Positions 25,952 to 36,400 of a DNA stretch of 64,000 nucleotides are shown here, in pieces. Every line of letters begins with the position of its first letter. Positions within the stretch are counted from its first letter, which is position 1. The notes under the pieces were generated by a model. That model was not told the origin of the DNA and searched no databases. It saw only the letters and a list, made by a program, of their open reading frames with translations. The DNA is taken from IMG/VR virus record IMGVR_UViG_3300006793_000026, positions 4,956 to 68,955 of that record; one strand, given 5' to 3'. The position numbers and the translations under genes are program-made. The DNA is from a virus.

Positions 25952-26909
25952 TAAGCGTGACAATATAATTCGAGACCAGAAGCCTGGTAGCCGTAAGTTG
26001 GTACACTCACCAGTTGCGGCTGTTACGCCTTCTTATTATCAACAGGAATACCCTCAACTGGTAGAGTTCCTTGAGAAGTACTTCGAATATATTGAAGACA
26101 CTGCTGGCTTCGGTGATCTACTTCAGAAACTAAAGGACATCCGTAACATTGATGTCACCGAAGAGGCATACGCACAAATACTGTCGTCAAAGGAATACGG
26201 TGCTGCCCTACCAGACCTTTCTAGTATCGATGAGACGGCGGCGGTTCGCCTCTTTGAATATTGGTACAAGGCAAAAGGTACACGGGCTGCGGTCGAGATG
26301 TACTTTAGGATTTTCCTTAACACGAATGTTGAGGTTGTATATCCACGTGAGAATATGCTGATCGTGGATGGTGGTGACTGGGACGAGAGTCAAGTTCGTT
26401 ACACCACAGTCAAAAGTCTTATTGATGAGCCACGTGCAGTTATACAAGATGACTTCTATTATCAAGCGTTCTCGTATCTGATACGGTCAGGACAGTCGAT
26501 CGATGATTGGGGTGACACATTTTACCGGGCTGCTCACGCTGCTGGCTTTAAGGTGTTTGGTGAAGTCGAGTTGTCAGGTGTCATTGGTAACTTCAACAAC
26601 ATCGCCACTAACTCACCTACGATTCAGCCTGGCTTCCAGACACTTGATGCTGAGATCCTTATTCTCGGTGCTGCTGCTCATGCGATGGGTGTATCACCAC
26701 AAATCATTACGAAGGCCTTTAAGATCCTTGGACGTGTCGGACAGGTCGATGACTTCACATTTGCTGAGATCAATAATAACTTACAACTGTCCACATATCG
26801 TGTGTATGACTTCCATGAGACGCCAATCAGTGACTTTGATCCTGTTGGTGCGGAATCGCGTTACACAACATTACATAGACCGGCTAGAATTATTGTCGAG
26901 GCCGTATAA
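25944..26909 (+). CDS. baseplate wedge gp7-like (short)
   Basis: YP..VEFLEKY, Y.AKGT, F.R..LN, IQDD.YYQ.FSY, H.AG...FGE. Confidence 0.75.
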   Translation: MADKRDNIIRDQKPGSRKLVHSPVAAVTPSYYQQEYPQLVEFLEKYFEYIEDTAGFGDLLQKLKDIRNIDVTEEAYAQILSSKEYGAALPDLSSIDETAAVRLFEYWYKAKGTRAAVEMYFRIFLNTNVEVVYPRENMLIVDGGDWDESQVRYTTVKSLIDEPRAVIQDDFYYQAFSYLIRSGQSIDDWGDTFYRAAHAAGFKVFGEVELSGVIGNFNNIATNSPTIQPGFQTLDAEILILGAAAHAMGVSPQIITKAFKILGRVGQVDDFTFAEINNNLQLSTYRVYDFHETPISDFDPVGAESRYTTLHRPARIIVEAV

Positions 26910-26916
26910 GAAAGCG

Positions 26917-26924
26917 TATAAATA
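26917..26924 (+). promoter_or_regulatory. late promoter
   Basis: Intergenic TATAAATA. Confidence 0.85.
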
Positions 26925-26955
26925 AGAATAACTATTCACACCCACGGAAAAGATT

Positions 26956-28503
26956 ATGACAGCTATTATAACCAATCAGTTCAGGATCCAGAACCTGCAA
27001 TACGCTAAGCGCGATATTGATTCTGGTATTGACGATATATTTCTCGCCGTCGGCCGAGCTTCTGCTTGGGATAACGACACAAACCCACCAGCTCCAAACA
27101 TCGATCCACAGGATGAGATGAACGCACGCCTTAACTTCCAGTCGATGAAGAAGGTTGCGGACATCATTCCTTGTGTTGCTCGGTACAACTGGACAAGCGG
27201 TAACACATATGTTGCTTGGGACAATAACGACCCAACGCTGGCGACTAAGCAGTTCTATGTATTGAACCAGTCGACCTTTAATGTGTATATCTGCCTTCGT
27301 GCCGGTTCGGGTGCGTCTACAGTTGAACCTACAGGTACATCAACAGGCAACCCGTCTGAAGGTGCTGATGGTTACGTGTGGAAATACCTTTATACCATTA
27401 CGGGTGCTCAAGGTGATAAGTTCCTGACTTCTGACTTTATGCCAGTCCTTCGTGACTCGAGTGTTGCTGCAGCAGCAACCGCTGGTCAAATCTGGGACTA
27501 CAACATTGTTGAAGGCGGTACTGGTTACGGTTCTGCTCCGACTGTTACTATCGAAGGTGATGGTTCTGGTGCGACTGCTACTGCAGTAATCGCCGGTGGA
27601 GTTTTGACCGGTATCACGGTTACCGCTGTCGGTTCTGGCTACACATATGCCCGAGCAGTACTGACCGGTGGTTCTGCTTCAACCGAAGCTTCTATTACAC
27701 CTGTCTTGTCACCAGTCTCTCTTGGACGTGAACTGACCGGCGTTGCTGTTACGAATGCTGGATCCAGCTATCCTGCCAGTTCAACTCTAGCTTTGACCAT
27801 TGTGGGTGATGGTTTTGAAGCTGCTGCGAGTGCGTCAACTGATGGATCTGGTACAGTTAGCTCTGTCAGCGTCAGCGACGGTGGATATGGTTACACTAAC
27901 TTAAGTGTTACTGTGGATCAGTCGACTGCAGGTACAACCGCTGTCCTGACTCCTCAGTTCTCTGCAGTCAAGGGCGGGTTTGGTTATGACCCAGTCGTTG
28001 ATCTTCAGGCACATTATCTTATGTTCAACGTCATCCTTCAGGTTGCTGATGGTATTGACCAAGGCGGTGACTTCGTTATCAATAACGACTATCGTCAGTT
28101 GGCTCTTATCAAAAACCCACTGGATACGTCAGGTACTCAGTTGAAGTACGCATCTGATACAGGTACTGCAATGCCGTTCGTAACCGTTACCGGTGGAACG
28201 TGGATTCCTGATGACCTTATCACGGGTGGAACATCAACTGCTCAAGCGTATGTCTTGTATTACGATTCAGCTAATACACGGGTCTACTATGTTCAAGACG
28301 AAACGACTGGCTTCGATGCGTTCTCGGACGGTGAAGCGCTGTCTGGACCAGGTGGTTCGAGTGGTACTATTGACACTGGTGGCCACATCGGTGTCCGTGA
28401 CATTGATAACTTCTCAGGTCGTATGTTGTACCTCGAAAACCGTGTTGCGGTTTCCCGTGCTGCTGACCAAACAGAAGACATCAAACTCGTCGTACAATTC
28501 TAA
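26956..28503 (+). CDS. gp8: baseplate wedge gp8
   Basis: MTAIIT.QFRI, R..W..G..Y, VY.C, DGY.WKYLY, DYRQ, Y.ENR..R...Q.EDIKLVV.F. Confidence 0.9.
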   Translation: MTAIITNQFRIQNLQYAKRDIDSGIDDIFLAVGRASAWDNDTNPPAPNIDPQDEMNARLNFQSMKKVADIIPCVARYNWTSGNTYVAWDNNDPTLATKQFYVLNQSTFNVYICLRAGSGASTVEPTGTSTGNPSEGADGYVWKYLYTITGAQGDKFLTSDFMPVLRDSSVAAAATAGQIWDYNIVEGGTGYGSAPTVTIEGDGSGATATAVIAGGVLTGITVTAVGSGYTYARAVLTGGSASTEASITPVLSPVSLGRELTGVAVTNAGSSYPASSTLALTIVGDGFEAAASASTDGSGTVSSVSVSDGGYGYTNLSVTVDQSTAGTTAVLTPQFSAVKGGFGYDPVVDLQAHYLMFNVILQVADGIDQGGDFVINNDYRQLALIKNPLDTSGTQLKYASDTGTAMPFVTVTGGTWIPDDLITGGTSTAQAYVLYYDSANTRVYYVQDETTGFDAFSDGEALSGPGGSSGTIDTGGHIGVRDIDNFSGRMLYLENRVAVSRAADQTEDIKLVVQF

Positions 28504-28518
28504 GTGAAAGAATAATCA

Positions 28519-31500
28519 ATGGCTATCGATCTCAGTCTCGCACCTTACTATGACGACTTTAACGACGACAAGGGCTTTCACAAGCTCTTGTTCCGTCCAG
28601 GTCGTGCTGTACAGGCTCGCGAACTTACACAACTTCAAACGATCCTTCAAAATCAGATGGCACGGTTTGGTCAGAATATCTTCCTCGAAGGTACTGTGGT
28701 CATTCCAGGCGGTGTTACGATCGATACCAACTATGAGTATGTTAAACTCAGTGCCGGTGTCTTGGCCAACCTACAGGTAGGGGCGACTCTTCAAGGCTCG
28801 AGTGGTCTGACTGCTGTCCTTCTTCAGGCGGTTGCGGCTGATGGCAGTGATCCTGATACGATCTACGTTCGTTATACGGGTGGCGGTTCAGGTAATGGTG
28901 GACGTTTTGGTGCAGGTGAAACAATCACTTTTCAAAACCCAGCCGTTGTTGATGGTGGTAATGCAGTCACTGGTTCGGTTACTGCAGCGGTCTCAGCACC
29001 TTCTGGTGTTGGTACTAAAGTCAACCTCGATAAGGGTATCTACTTTATCAAGGGTTACTTTGTCGTTGCGACGTCTCAGTCACTCATCGTTGAGAAATAT
29101 GGTATTCCATCCGGCACGGTTAAGCTTGGCTTGATTTCTTCAGAAGAGATTGTTGACTCTGCGGCTGACTCATCACTTCTTTCAAACGCGATCGGTTCAT
29201 CAAACGCAAATGCTCCTGGTGCCGATCGTTATAAGCTTGCACTCACGTTGGCTCTTGAAGCAGACGTCGACGCAAGTACACAAGACTACTTCACTATTGC
29301 TACGATTAAGAATGCAGTCATCGTTGAAGCCCTGACACGTACACAATACGGTCTACTGGGTGATGAGCTTGCACGTCGTACATATGATGAGTCTGGCAAC
29401 TATACAGTCAACCCATTCATTGTTCGTGTTGAGCCATCGAGTACCAGTGGAAAGTTGAACTTTGTTGCTGATCCTGGTCGTGCATATGTCCGTGGTTACG
29501 AAGTTAACAAGACAACCTCAACGACCATCGAGGGTAACAAAGCCGAAGTAACAGGTGAGCGTAACAGTTCACGTACGGCTACTCCTTTGGGTAACTATGT
29601 TCGTGCTGAAGCACCAAACGGCAGTGACAATACTGGCTTGCCAAACATTGGTACCTTCGCACAAGTCAACTTACGTAACTCAAGTGATACCGTCGTTGGT
29701 ACTGCTAGAGTTCGTGCAGTTGAAAAAGAGTCTGCTTCAGTATATCGTTATTACCTGTTTGATGTGTCCATGTCTTCAGGAAGCTTTAGTGCAGTTCGTG
29801 ACCTGCAGGCTACTGGCTTTGAAGCGAACCTTGTTGATGCAAGCGGAACAGAGCTTACGACTGATAGTGCAGTATTACATGACACTGGTACAAACGCATT
29901 GTTGTTCTACCATCCACAAGATCGTGTTAAGCAACTGTCCGACGTGTCTATTCGTGTTCAACGTTATGTGACATTCACAACTGACGGATCGGGTTCGGTT
30001 ACTGTCGACTCTGGATCATCTGATGAGAAGTGGGCAAATAGCTCAGACTGGATTCTGGTCAAAGACTCTGATGGATCGGTTGATGCATCTGGCTCTATCG
30101 GTACTGTTGGCACTGACGAAGTTACAATCACAGGTCTTGATGCGTCTGCTGGTTATAAGATGATTGCATACCTCGATAAGGATGCTCCTGTCCAAAGGCC
30201 TAAGACGAAGACTGATGTTGTTGACGAAGTCATTACACCTGTCGGTAATGTGGTTACACTTGCTGATGGTGGTACTGCGGCACACGATATCTATCAACTC
30301 GTCTCTGTTAAGGACGTTGGCGCTGGTGATGCGGACATTACAAGTCGTTATGTTCTTGACAACGGACAACGGGATAACTATTATGGCATTGGTAAGCTTA
30401 CTCTTAAGGCGACTGCGGTTGCACCTACTGGTAACGTCAAAGTTTCTTTTAGCTACTTTGCTCATGCTGCCGGTGACTATTTTGCTGTCGACTCTTATGA
30501 CAATCTTGTTGCTGCTGGTTCCTACTCTGATATACCTACGTATGTCAGGCCGGACGGTTCGTCAATCTTCCTTGCCGATGTCTACGACTTCAGACCAGTC
30601 ATAAACGACGCTGGAACAGGTTACACCGGAGCAGGTGCTGTTGTTCAAGATCTTCCACAGATCAACGAAACGATTCAGGCCGATGTCGAGTACCACCTTC
30701 CGCGTATCGATATTCTGTACATTGCCTCAGATGGTGAGTTCGGGTTTGCAAGTGGTATCCCATCACTGAACCCAGTCCCACCACAGACGCCTGCAAACGC
30801 TATGGCAATCTATCACATCTTGTTTAACGCTGGTACGTTTGACGAGACTGACGTAACTATGGCCTTTGTCGACAATAAACGTTACACGATGCGTGACATT
30901 GGTCGTATCGAAGAGCGTGTTTCACGCGTCGAAGAGTGGTCAACATTATCACTTCTTGAGTCTGAGACTGCTACACTCGATGTCCTCGATGAGGATGGTA
31001 ACAACCGATTCAAGTCTGGTTTCTTTGTTGATAACTTCGAAGACCATCTGTTCGCAGACTTTAATAACGCAGCATATCGTGCATCGATTGATCCACGTGT
31101 TGGTGAAGTACGTCCGACATTCCAAGAGGATAATATCCGTATGGTTTATCAGTCGTCACCGACTGACGGTAGTACATCAACAAACGTTGTCATCAAAGGT
31201 GACTTCCTGTATATGGATTATACCGAGTCGGTTGAAGTCAGCCAGTTACAAGCGTCGTCTGCGGTTAACGTGAACCCATACGCGGTTATCACCGGAACAG
31301 GTATGATCACCTTGTCTCCAGAGTCTGACGAGTGGAGAGACATAAATACAGATACACGGTCTGTGTCTCAGGTTGATACCGAGAGAGTGGTGTCACCTGC
31401 ACAAGAACAGAACTTTAACAACTGGGAATGGAACTGGGGTGGTTTCACTGAGCCTGAGCCAACCATCAATACTAATACTGGCGGCGGTGGCGGCGGCGGT

Positions 31501-31548
31501 GGAATTGACAATACTCTCGGATCCGGTGTACGGTTCAGAGCAAGATAA
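28519..31548 (+). CDS. VrlC/DUF4815-like virion structural protein, N-terminal part
   Basis: PYYDDF, LFRPG.AVQARELTQLQ.ILQ.Q, APGADR, RT.DESG.Y, YTMRDIG, RFKSGF.VDNF. Confidence 0.85.
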   Translation: MAIDLSLAPYYDDFNDDKGFHKLLFRPGRAVQARELTQLQTILQNQMARFGQNIFLEGTVVIPGGVTIDTNYEYVKLSAGVLANLQVGATLQGSSGLTAVLLQAVAADGSDPDTIYVRYTGGGSGNGGRFGAGETITFQNPAVVDGGNAVTGSVTAAVSAPSGVGTKVNLDKGIYFIKGYFVVATSQSLIVEKYGIPSGTVKLGLISSEEIVDSAADSSLLSNAIGSSNANAPGADRYKLALTLALEADVDASTQDYFTIATIKNAVIVEALTRTQYGLLGDELARRTYDESGNYTVNPFIVRVEPSSTSGKLNFVADPGRAYVRGYEVNKTTSTTIEGNKAEVTGERNSSRTATPLGNYVRAEAPNGSDNTGLPNIGTFAQVNLRNSSDTVVGTARVRAVEKESASVYRYYLFDVSMSSGSFSAVRDLQATGFEANLVDASGTELTTDSAVLHDTGTNALLFYHPQDRVKQLSDVSIRVQRYVTFTTDGSGSVTVDSGSSDEKWANSSDWILVKDSDGSVDASGSIGTVGTDEVTITGLDASAGYKMIAYLDKDAPVQRPKTKTDVVDEVITPVGNVVTLADGGTAAHDIYQLVSVKDVGAGDADITSRYVLDNGQRDNYYGIGKLTLKATAVAPTGNVKVSFSYFAHAAGDYFAVDSYDNLVAAGSYSDIPTYVRPDGSSIFLADVYDFRPVINDAGTGYTGAGAVVQDLPQINETIQADVEYHLPRIDILYIASDGEFGFASGIPSLNPVPPQTPANAMAIYHILFNAGTFDETDVTMAFVDNKRYTMRDIGRIEERVSRVEEWSTLSLLESETATLDVLDEDGNNRFKSGFFVDNFEDHLFADFNNAAYRASIDPRVGEVRPTFQEDNIRMVYQSSPTDGSTSTNVVIKGDFLYMDYTESVEVSQLQASSAVNVNPYAVITGTGMITLSPESDEWRDINTDTRSVSQVDTERVVSPAQEQNFNNWEWNWGGFTEPEPTINTNTGGGGGGGGIDNTLGSGVRFRAR

Positions 31549-31566
31549 TATTGGAGAATTATTAAA

Positions 31567-33618
31567 ATGGCACTAACACCACGCGTAACGACTCGGGTTC
31601 TCCCAGGTGGCATTCGTGAAACGACTGAGTCACGTATTGTCAACACGACATTGATTCCGTTCATTCGCTCGCGGAAGGTCTTCTTTAAGATGGAAGGTCT
31701 TTTGCCAAACACTAAGCATCGTCCATACTTTGATGGTATCGACGTCTCTGTTTGGTGTCGTGAAGAAACCTTTGTTCGTGTTGCCACTGATGGCTCACTT
31801 ACTCTTAACGTTCCTGATCCATCAGTATTGTCTACTCACCCTGAGGGTTCGAGTGACTTGATATCTGATGCAAACGGTACGATCGAAGGTTCGTTCTTCA
31901 TCCCGAATACTGACGCCGTACGGTTTGGTACTGGTACACGCGAGTTTAAGGTCCTTGACTTTGCTGCTACGACTGATGCGAATGCTGTCTCCAAAGCGTT
32001 TGCGTCATACACTGCGACAGGTACACTCGATACACAGCAGACCACTATCACAACGATTCGGCCGGTGGTCACGCAACCACCACGGTTCATCGATCCAGTT
32101 GCTCAGTCATTCTTAATCGAAAAGCAGTCTGGTGCATATGTTACTTCGGTCGATGTGTACTTTAAGACAAAGGCTGCGGTTACGCCTGTACGTCTTCAGC
32201 TTCGTGAGATGCAAACAGGCCTTCCTACGACGAATGTCGTTCCAGGTGCTGAGAAGATGTTGGCTCCGGCTTCGGTCAACGTGTCAGCGGACGCAAGTAC
32301 TTCAACAACCTTTACGTTCGATGCGCCGGTTTATCTTGAAGGTTTCCGTGAGTATGCCATCGTCGTACTAGCAGAGTCTATCGATTATGAGATCTGGACC
32401 GCAGTAACTCAAGAGTTCTTGGTTGGTTCGACCACAAGCCGTATTACTAAACAGCCATCACTCGGTTCGTTCTTCAAATCTCAGAACGGTTCGACATGGA
32501 CACCTGATCAATCGCGTGATCTGAAGTTCCAGGTCAAGCGTGCAGCATTTAATATTGGCTCAACGACTAACGCATACTTTGAGAACGTGCCGACACAGGA
32601 ACGGGCTCTTGAAGCTCAGCCGATTGAAACGACTGATACCGAAAGTACTGTACGTGTCTATATGCCTAACCACGGTTACACAGTGGGCTCAAACGTACTG
32701 CTGAGTGGCTGCGTTGATACGAATGGTATTACTGCAGCCCAACTGAACACAGCACTCACTGTTACTGACGCCGGTGACTTTGATAGTTTTGTGGTTAATA
32801 CTGCGGGTACTGCAACCTCTACCGGTCGTGGCGGTGGAACAGCGGTCAATGCCGAGACACAGCTTCAGTTCGATATCATCTATCCTAACGCAAACCAACT
32901 GTTACATCCAAATACAGGTGTCGAATGGGGTTCGAAGTTTACTTCAGGATCTTCGCCGACTCAGGTCGAGACTGACTTTGCGAAAGATACTGGCTTCGGT
33001 GGTATCACAGTTAATGCGAATAACCCTCTTGATGACCCACAAATGATTGCCTCACCACAGAATGAAACCGATCAGCTCGGTGGTGATAAGTCAATGACAT
33101 GGAGAGCAGCGCTATCGTCAGATGATGATTACGTCGCTCCGATCATTGACCTTGGTCGTTTGTCAGGTACATTGATTCGTAACCGTATTGATAACCCGGT
33201 TGCCGCGGCAGCTGACACTGGTGAGAACATTCCTAATAACTATGTGGCTGAGACTGATGCACGTAGCGGTACAGCTGCAGCGAAACATATCTTTGTTCCT
33301 ATCACACTGGAAGAAGAAGCCATTGGTCTGAAAGTGCTCTTTGCAGCGAACCGTCCGGCTGATACATACATCGATCTATACTGGCGTGTTGCCGAGTCTG
33401 GTTCTGATGTAGCGCTGAACGACACTGACTGGACATTGGCAACTATCGACCAGGCAATGCCAACCGATAATAACCCAGATACGTTCCGTGAATATGAGTA
33501 TACTATCGAAGTTGGTGTAGCGTTCACGCGTTATCAATATAAGATTGTGTTCCGTTCACAGACAACCTCTGCAGTACCACGTATCTCTGATTATCGTAGT
33601 ATCGCACTTGCTACGTAA
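31567..33618 (+). CDS. VrlC-like virion structural protein, C-terminal part
   Basis: IPFIRSR.V, DP.AQSF, SVD.YF, GS.FKSQN..TW..Q..DLKF, P.I.D.R.IAL. Confidence 0.85.
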   Translation: MALTPRVTTRVLPGGIRETTESRIVNTTLIPFIRSRKVFFKMEGLLPNTKHRPYFDGIDVSVWCREETFVRVATDGSLTLNVPDPSVLSTHPEGSSDLISDANGTIEGSFFIPNTDAVRFGTGTREFKVLDFAATTDANAVSKAFASYTATGTLDTQQTTITTIRPVVTQPPRFIDPVAQSFLIEKQSGAYVTSVDVYFKTKAAVTPVRLQLREMQTGLPTTNVVPGAEKMLAPASVNVSADASTSTTFTFDAPVYLEGFREYAIVVLAESIDYEIWTAVTQEFLVGSTTSRITKQPSLGSFFKSQNGSTWTPDQSRDLKFQVKRAAFNIGSTTNAYFENVPTQERALEAQPIETTDTESTVRVYMPNHGYTVGSNVLLSGCVDTNGITAAQLNTALTVTDAGDFDSFVVNTAGTATSTGRGGGTAVNAETQLQFDIIYPNANQLLHPNTGVEWGSKFTSGSSPTQVETDFAKDTGFGGITVNANNPLDDPQMIASPQNETDQLGGDKSMTWRAALSSDDDYVAPIIDLGRLSGTLIRNRIDNPVAAAADTGENIPNNYVAETDARSGTAAAKHIFVPITLEEEAIGLKVLFAANRPADTYIDLYWRVAESGSDVALNDTDWTLATIDQAMPTDNNPDTFREYEYTIEVGVAFTRYQYKIVFRSQTTSAVPRISDYRSIALAT

Positions 33619-33824
33619 TGAGAAAAGTAGAAGGTCATTCTAGCCTTCGGCGGTCAACAAACGGGTCAGTCATATCAGTAGATAAGACTGCCCTGGCCAG
33701 AGCCAAGGCTCAGAAGGCAAAAGATGAAGAACTAAAAAGGCTAAGAGTTGAAGTCGACCAACTCACAAGCCTTATAAATAGTATAAACACACAATTGCAA
33801 GAGTTGAAAACCAATGGCAGATAG
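33618..33824 (+). CDS. small coiled-coil virion-associated protein
   Basis: KVEGH..L.R...G.VI motif; translationally coupled at both ends. Confidence 0.7.
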   Translation: MRKVEGHSSLRRSTNGSVISVDKTALARAKAQKAKDEELKRLRVEVDQLTSLINSINTQLQELKTNGR

Positions 33825-35925
33825 AACAATTACGGATACCACCCTTATCGGTGACTGGGCTGATCAATATAACCTACTCGTTGGTGATGTAGGTGACATT
33901 GATACAGTTACGACAACTGCGTCGGACCTAGTCGGTGCGGTGAATGAGATTGATGGGGAGATTGGTACACTATCGTCCTTGACAACTACAGCAAACTCTA
34001 ATCTTGTTGTGGCTGTTAATGAGCTCGATGGTGAAATCGGTACCCTTGCTTCTTTGACGACAACAGCTAACTCAAACCTCGTTGCTGCCATTAACGAGGT
34101 TGATGCTGACTTGGCGCTAAAAGCTAGTACAGACTCTCCTGCCTTTACAACTGCTGCGACCCTCGACGGTGCAGATCTTGCGACAGAAACCTACGTAACG
34201 ACACAGCTGGGTAGCTATGCAACTCTTGCTTCACCGGCTCTGACAGGTAGCCCTACTGCTCCAACACAAACCACCGGTGATGCGTCGACAAAGATCGCAA
34301 CGACTCAGTTTGTTCAGTCCTCAGTCGCTTCTCTTGGCGGCGGTGACGTATTGAAAATCGGTACCCCTGTCGATGATCAACTGGCTATCTGGACCGGTGA
34401 CGGTACGATCGAAGGTGACTCCGGTCTAACGTGGACTACTTCTACTTCAACACTTGCTATCGGCGGTAATAAAGTATGGAATGCAGGAAATGATGGTGCA
34501 GCTTCTGGTCTTGACGCTGATCTCCTTGATGGCGAGCACGGCGCATATTATCTTGACTTCGATAACTTCTCGAACCTTCCTGATCCTGCTATCACTCTTG
34601 GAGGTGACGCGACGGGTAGTATCACGCTTACTGATTTGGTTGGTGGAACGCTTACTGTTACGATCGTTGACGACTCACACAACCACGTAATTGGTAACGT
34701 TGATGGTCTGCAAACAGCCCTTGATGACAAAGCTGATTTGGCTTCTCCTGCTCTGACAGGTAACCCTACCGCAACAACTCAGACTACAGGTGATGACTCA
34801 ACGCGGATCGCAACAACTGCGTTTGTTCAACAAGAGCTTGATGCTCAGGTCCATGACGCTGCTGACATTACAACAGGTACACTCAGTGCTGACCGTATAC
34901 CGAGTCTTGCAGCCTCTAAGATTACGAGTGGGACATTTGCAGTAGCACGTATCCCATCACTCTCTACTGCTAAGATTACAACGGGCACATTCGCTAACGC
35001 ACGTATTGCCGAGTCTAGTGTAACACAACACCAAGCAGCTCTATCGATTACCGAATCACAGATTAGTGACCTTGCCGATTATGGTGTCATTACGTCTGGC
35101 ACGTCTGCGCCATCTTCAACACCAGGTGCTGTCGGTGATGTCTTTGTTGATACAACCGGTGACGTTGTCTATGTCGCTAGTGGTAACGCAAGTTCGGCGG
35201 ACTGGATTCAAGTCTCTGGATCGGGTGGCGTTGGTGACCTAGGTGATACTACAATCTCAGGTGGTTTGACGACCGGTGACTTCCTCCGTTACGACGGTGG
35301 AGCATGGGTTGATACTCACTTAATCGCTTCTGATATCCCATCACTTGCAGCTTCAAAGATCACCTCAGGAACGTTGGCCGATGCTCGTATCTCTGAATCA
35401 AGTGTAACACAGCATGAAGCAGCCTTGTCTATTGCACCAAGTCAGCTGTCTGGTAATATTGCCCTTGGTGCTGACACGTCCGGCAACTACGTTGCTACTG
35501 TGGCTGGTACGACCAATGAGATCGAAGTCACTGGTGGATCTGGTGAGGGAACCGCTATTATCGTCGGTCTTCCGAATGATGTAACGATTGGTAACGATCT
35601 GACTGTTACCGGTAATATTGCAGGTGATACTATTCAGGCACGTGCTGCAGCATCAGCGAACACATCGAGTACTCTTGGTGTAGGCGATGAGAACTCGGTT
35701 GTTATTGCAACTGGTACTATTACAGTTCCATCAGCCACGTTTACTGCCCGTGACGTCATCATCATTACAGCGGGCTCATCGGATCGCACTATCAACCGTG
35801 GGTCTGGATTGGCTATGTATCTTAACGGTACGGATGAGTCGACTGTCACGCTGGCAGCTAACGGTATGATGAGTGTCGTATTTGAGACTGCTAGTAAGTG
35901 TATTATTTCAGGTAACTTTGTATAA
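33814..35925 (+). CDS. tail fibre / fibritin-like protein
   Basis: L.TTANSNLV.A.NE repeats, LDADLLDG, LASPALTG.PT, IPSLAASKITSGT repeats; TATAAATA at 33773. Confidence 0.8.
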   Translation: MADRTITDTTLIGDWADQYNLLVGDVGDIDTVTTTASDLVGAVNEIDGEIGTLSSLTTTANSNLVVAVNELDGEIGTLASLTTTANSNLVAAINEVDADLALKASTDSPAFTTAATLDGADLATETYVTTQLGSYATLASPALTGSPTAPTQTTGDASTKIATTQFVQSSVASLGGGDVLKIGTPVDDQLAIWTGDGTIEGDSGLTWTTSTSTLAIGGNKVWNAGNDGAASGLDADLLDGEHGAYYLDFDNFSNLPDPAITLGGDATGSITLTDLVGGTLTVTIVDDSHNHVIGNVDGLQTALDDKADLASPALTGNPTATTQTTGDDSTRIATTAFVQQELDAQVHDAADITTGTLSADRIPSLAASKITSGTFAVARIPSLSTAKITTGTFANARIAESSVTQHQAALSITESQISDLADYGVITSGTSAPSSTPGAVGDVFVDTTGDVVYVASGNASSADWIQVSGSGGVGDLGDTTISGGLTTGDFLRYDGGAWVDTHLIASDIPSLAASKITSGTLADARISESSVTQHEAALSIAPSQLSGNIALGADTSGNYVATVAGTTNEIEVTGGSGEGTAIIVGLPNDVTIGNDLTVTGNIAGDTIQARAAASANTSSTLGVGDENSVVIATGTITVPSATFTARDVIIITAGSSDRTINRGSGLAMYLNGTDESTVTLAANGMMSVVFETASKCIISGNFV

Positions 35926-36380
35926 TGAGTATACTCCTTCACATGGTGGCTAATACACTACATCTCGGCGGAGATCGTGTGCGTATAGACAGTGCTACTA
36001 TTACTGATGATGCAATCACTGATACTACAGCCGATGTAAAATCTACGATTCGGTTACAATCTGATGGTACAGTTGACTATCTCAGAACTGCGAACTCGAA
36101 TAGTAGTAATGTATATAACTGGGTCTTACCGGTAGAAAACGCCGGAAACTATCACGTCAGGGGTACGGTTACAGATTCACCCGCGAGTGCGTCTATTGAT
36201 TTACCTTTTGGTTGGCGGGCTCTGACCAGTTCAACTACGTATGGTATCTTTAAAAATACTGTCGGGTCTAATTACGATGACTCATGTACTATGTTACTTG
36301 AACTTTCAGATGATGGTGGTTCAACCACATTAAAAAGCGCCTCGGTTACGTTTAGACTGCAGGTTGAGAAAGTTATATAA
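35925..36380 (+). CDS. fibre-associated hypothetical protein
   Basis: Coupled to the fibre stop; beta-rich. Confidence 0.6.
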   Translation: MSILLHMVANTLHLGGDRVRIDSATITDDAITDTTADVKSTIRLQSDGTVDYLRTANSNSSNVYNWVLPVENAGNYHVRGTVTDSPASASIDLPFGWRALTSSTTYGIFKNTVGSNYDDSCTMLLELSDDGGSTTLKSASVTFRLQVEKVI

Positions 36381-36400
36381 ATAGTCATAAAGGATAACAC

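Noticed and set aside
18950-35925. Diversity-generating retroelement or invertible shufflon acting on the fibres
   Set aside because: No reverse transcriptase or recombinase; repeat differences are synonymous rather than A-specific; no inverted crossover sites seen
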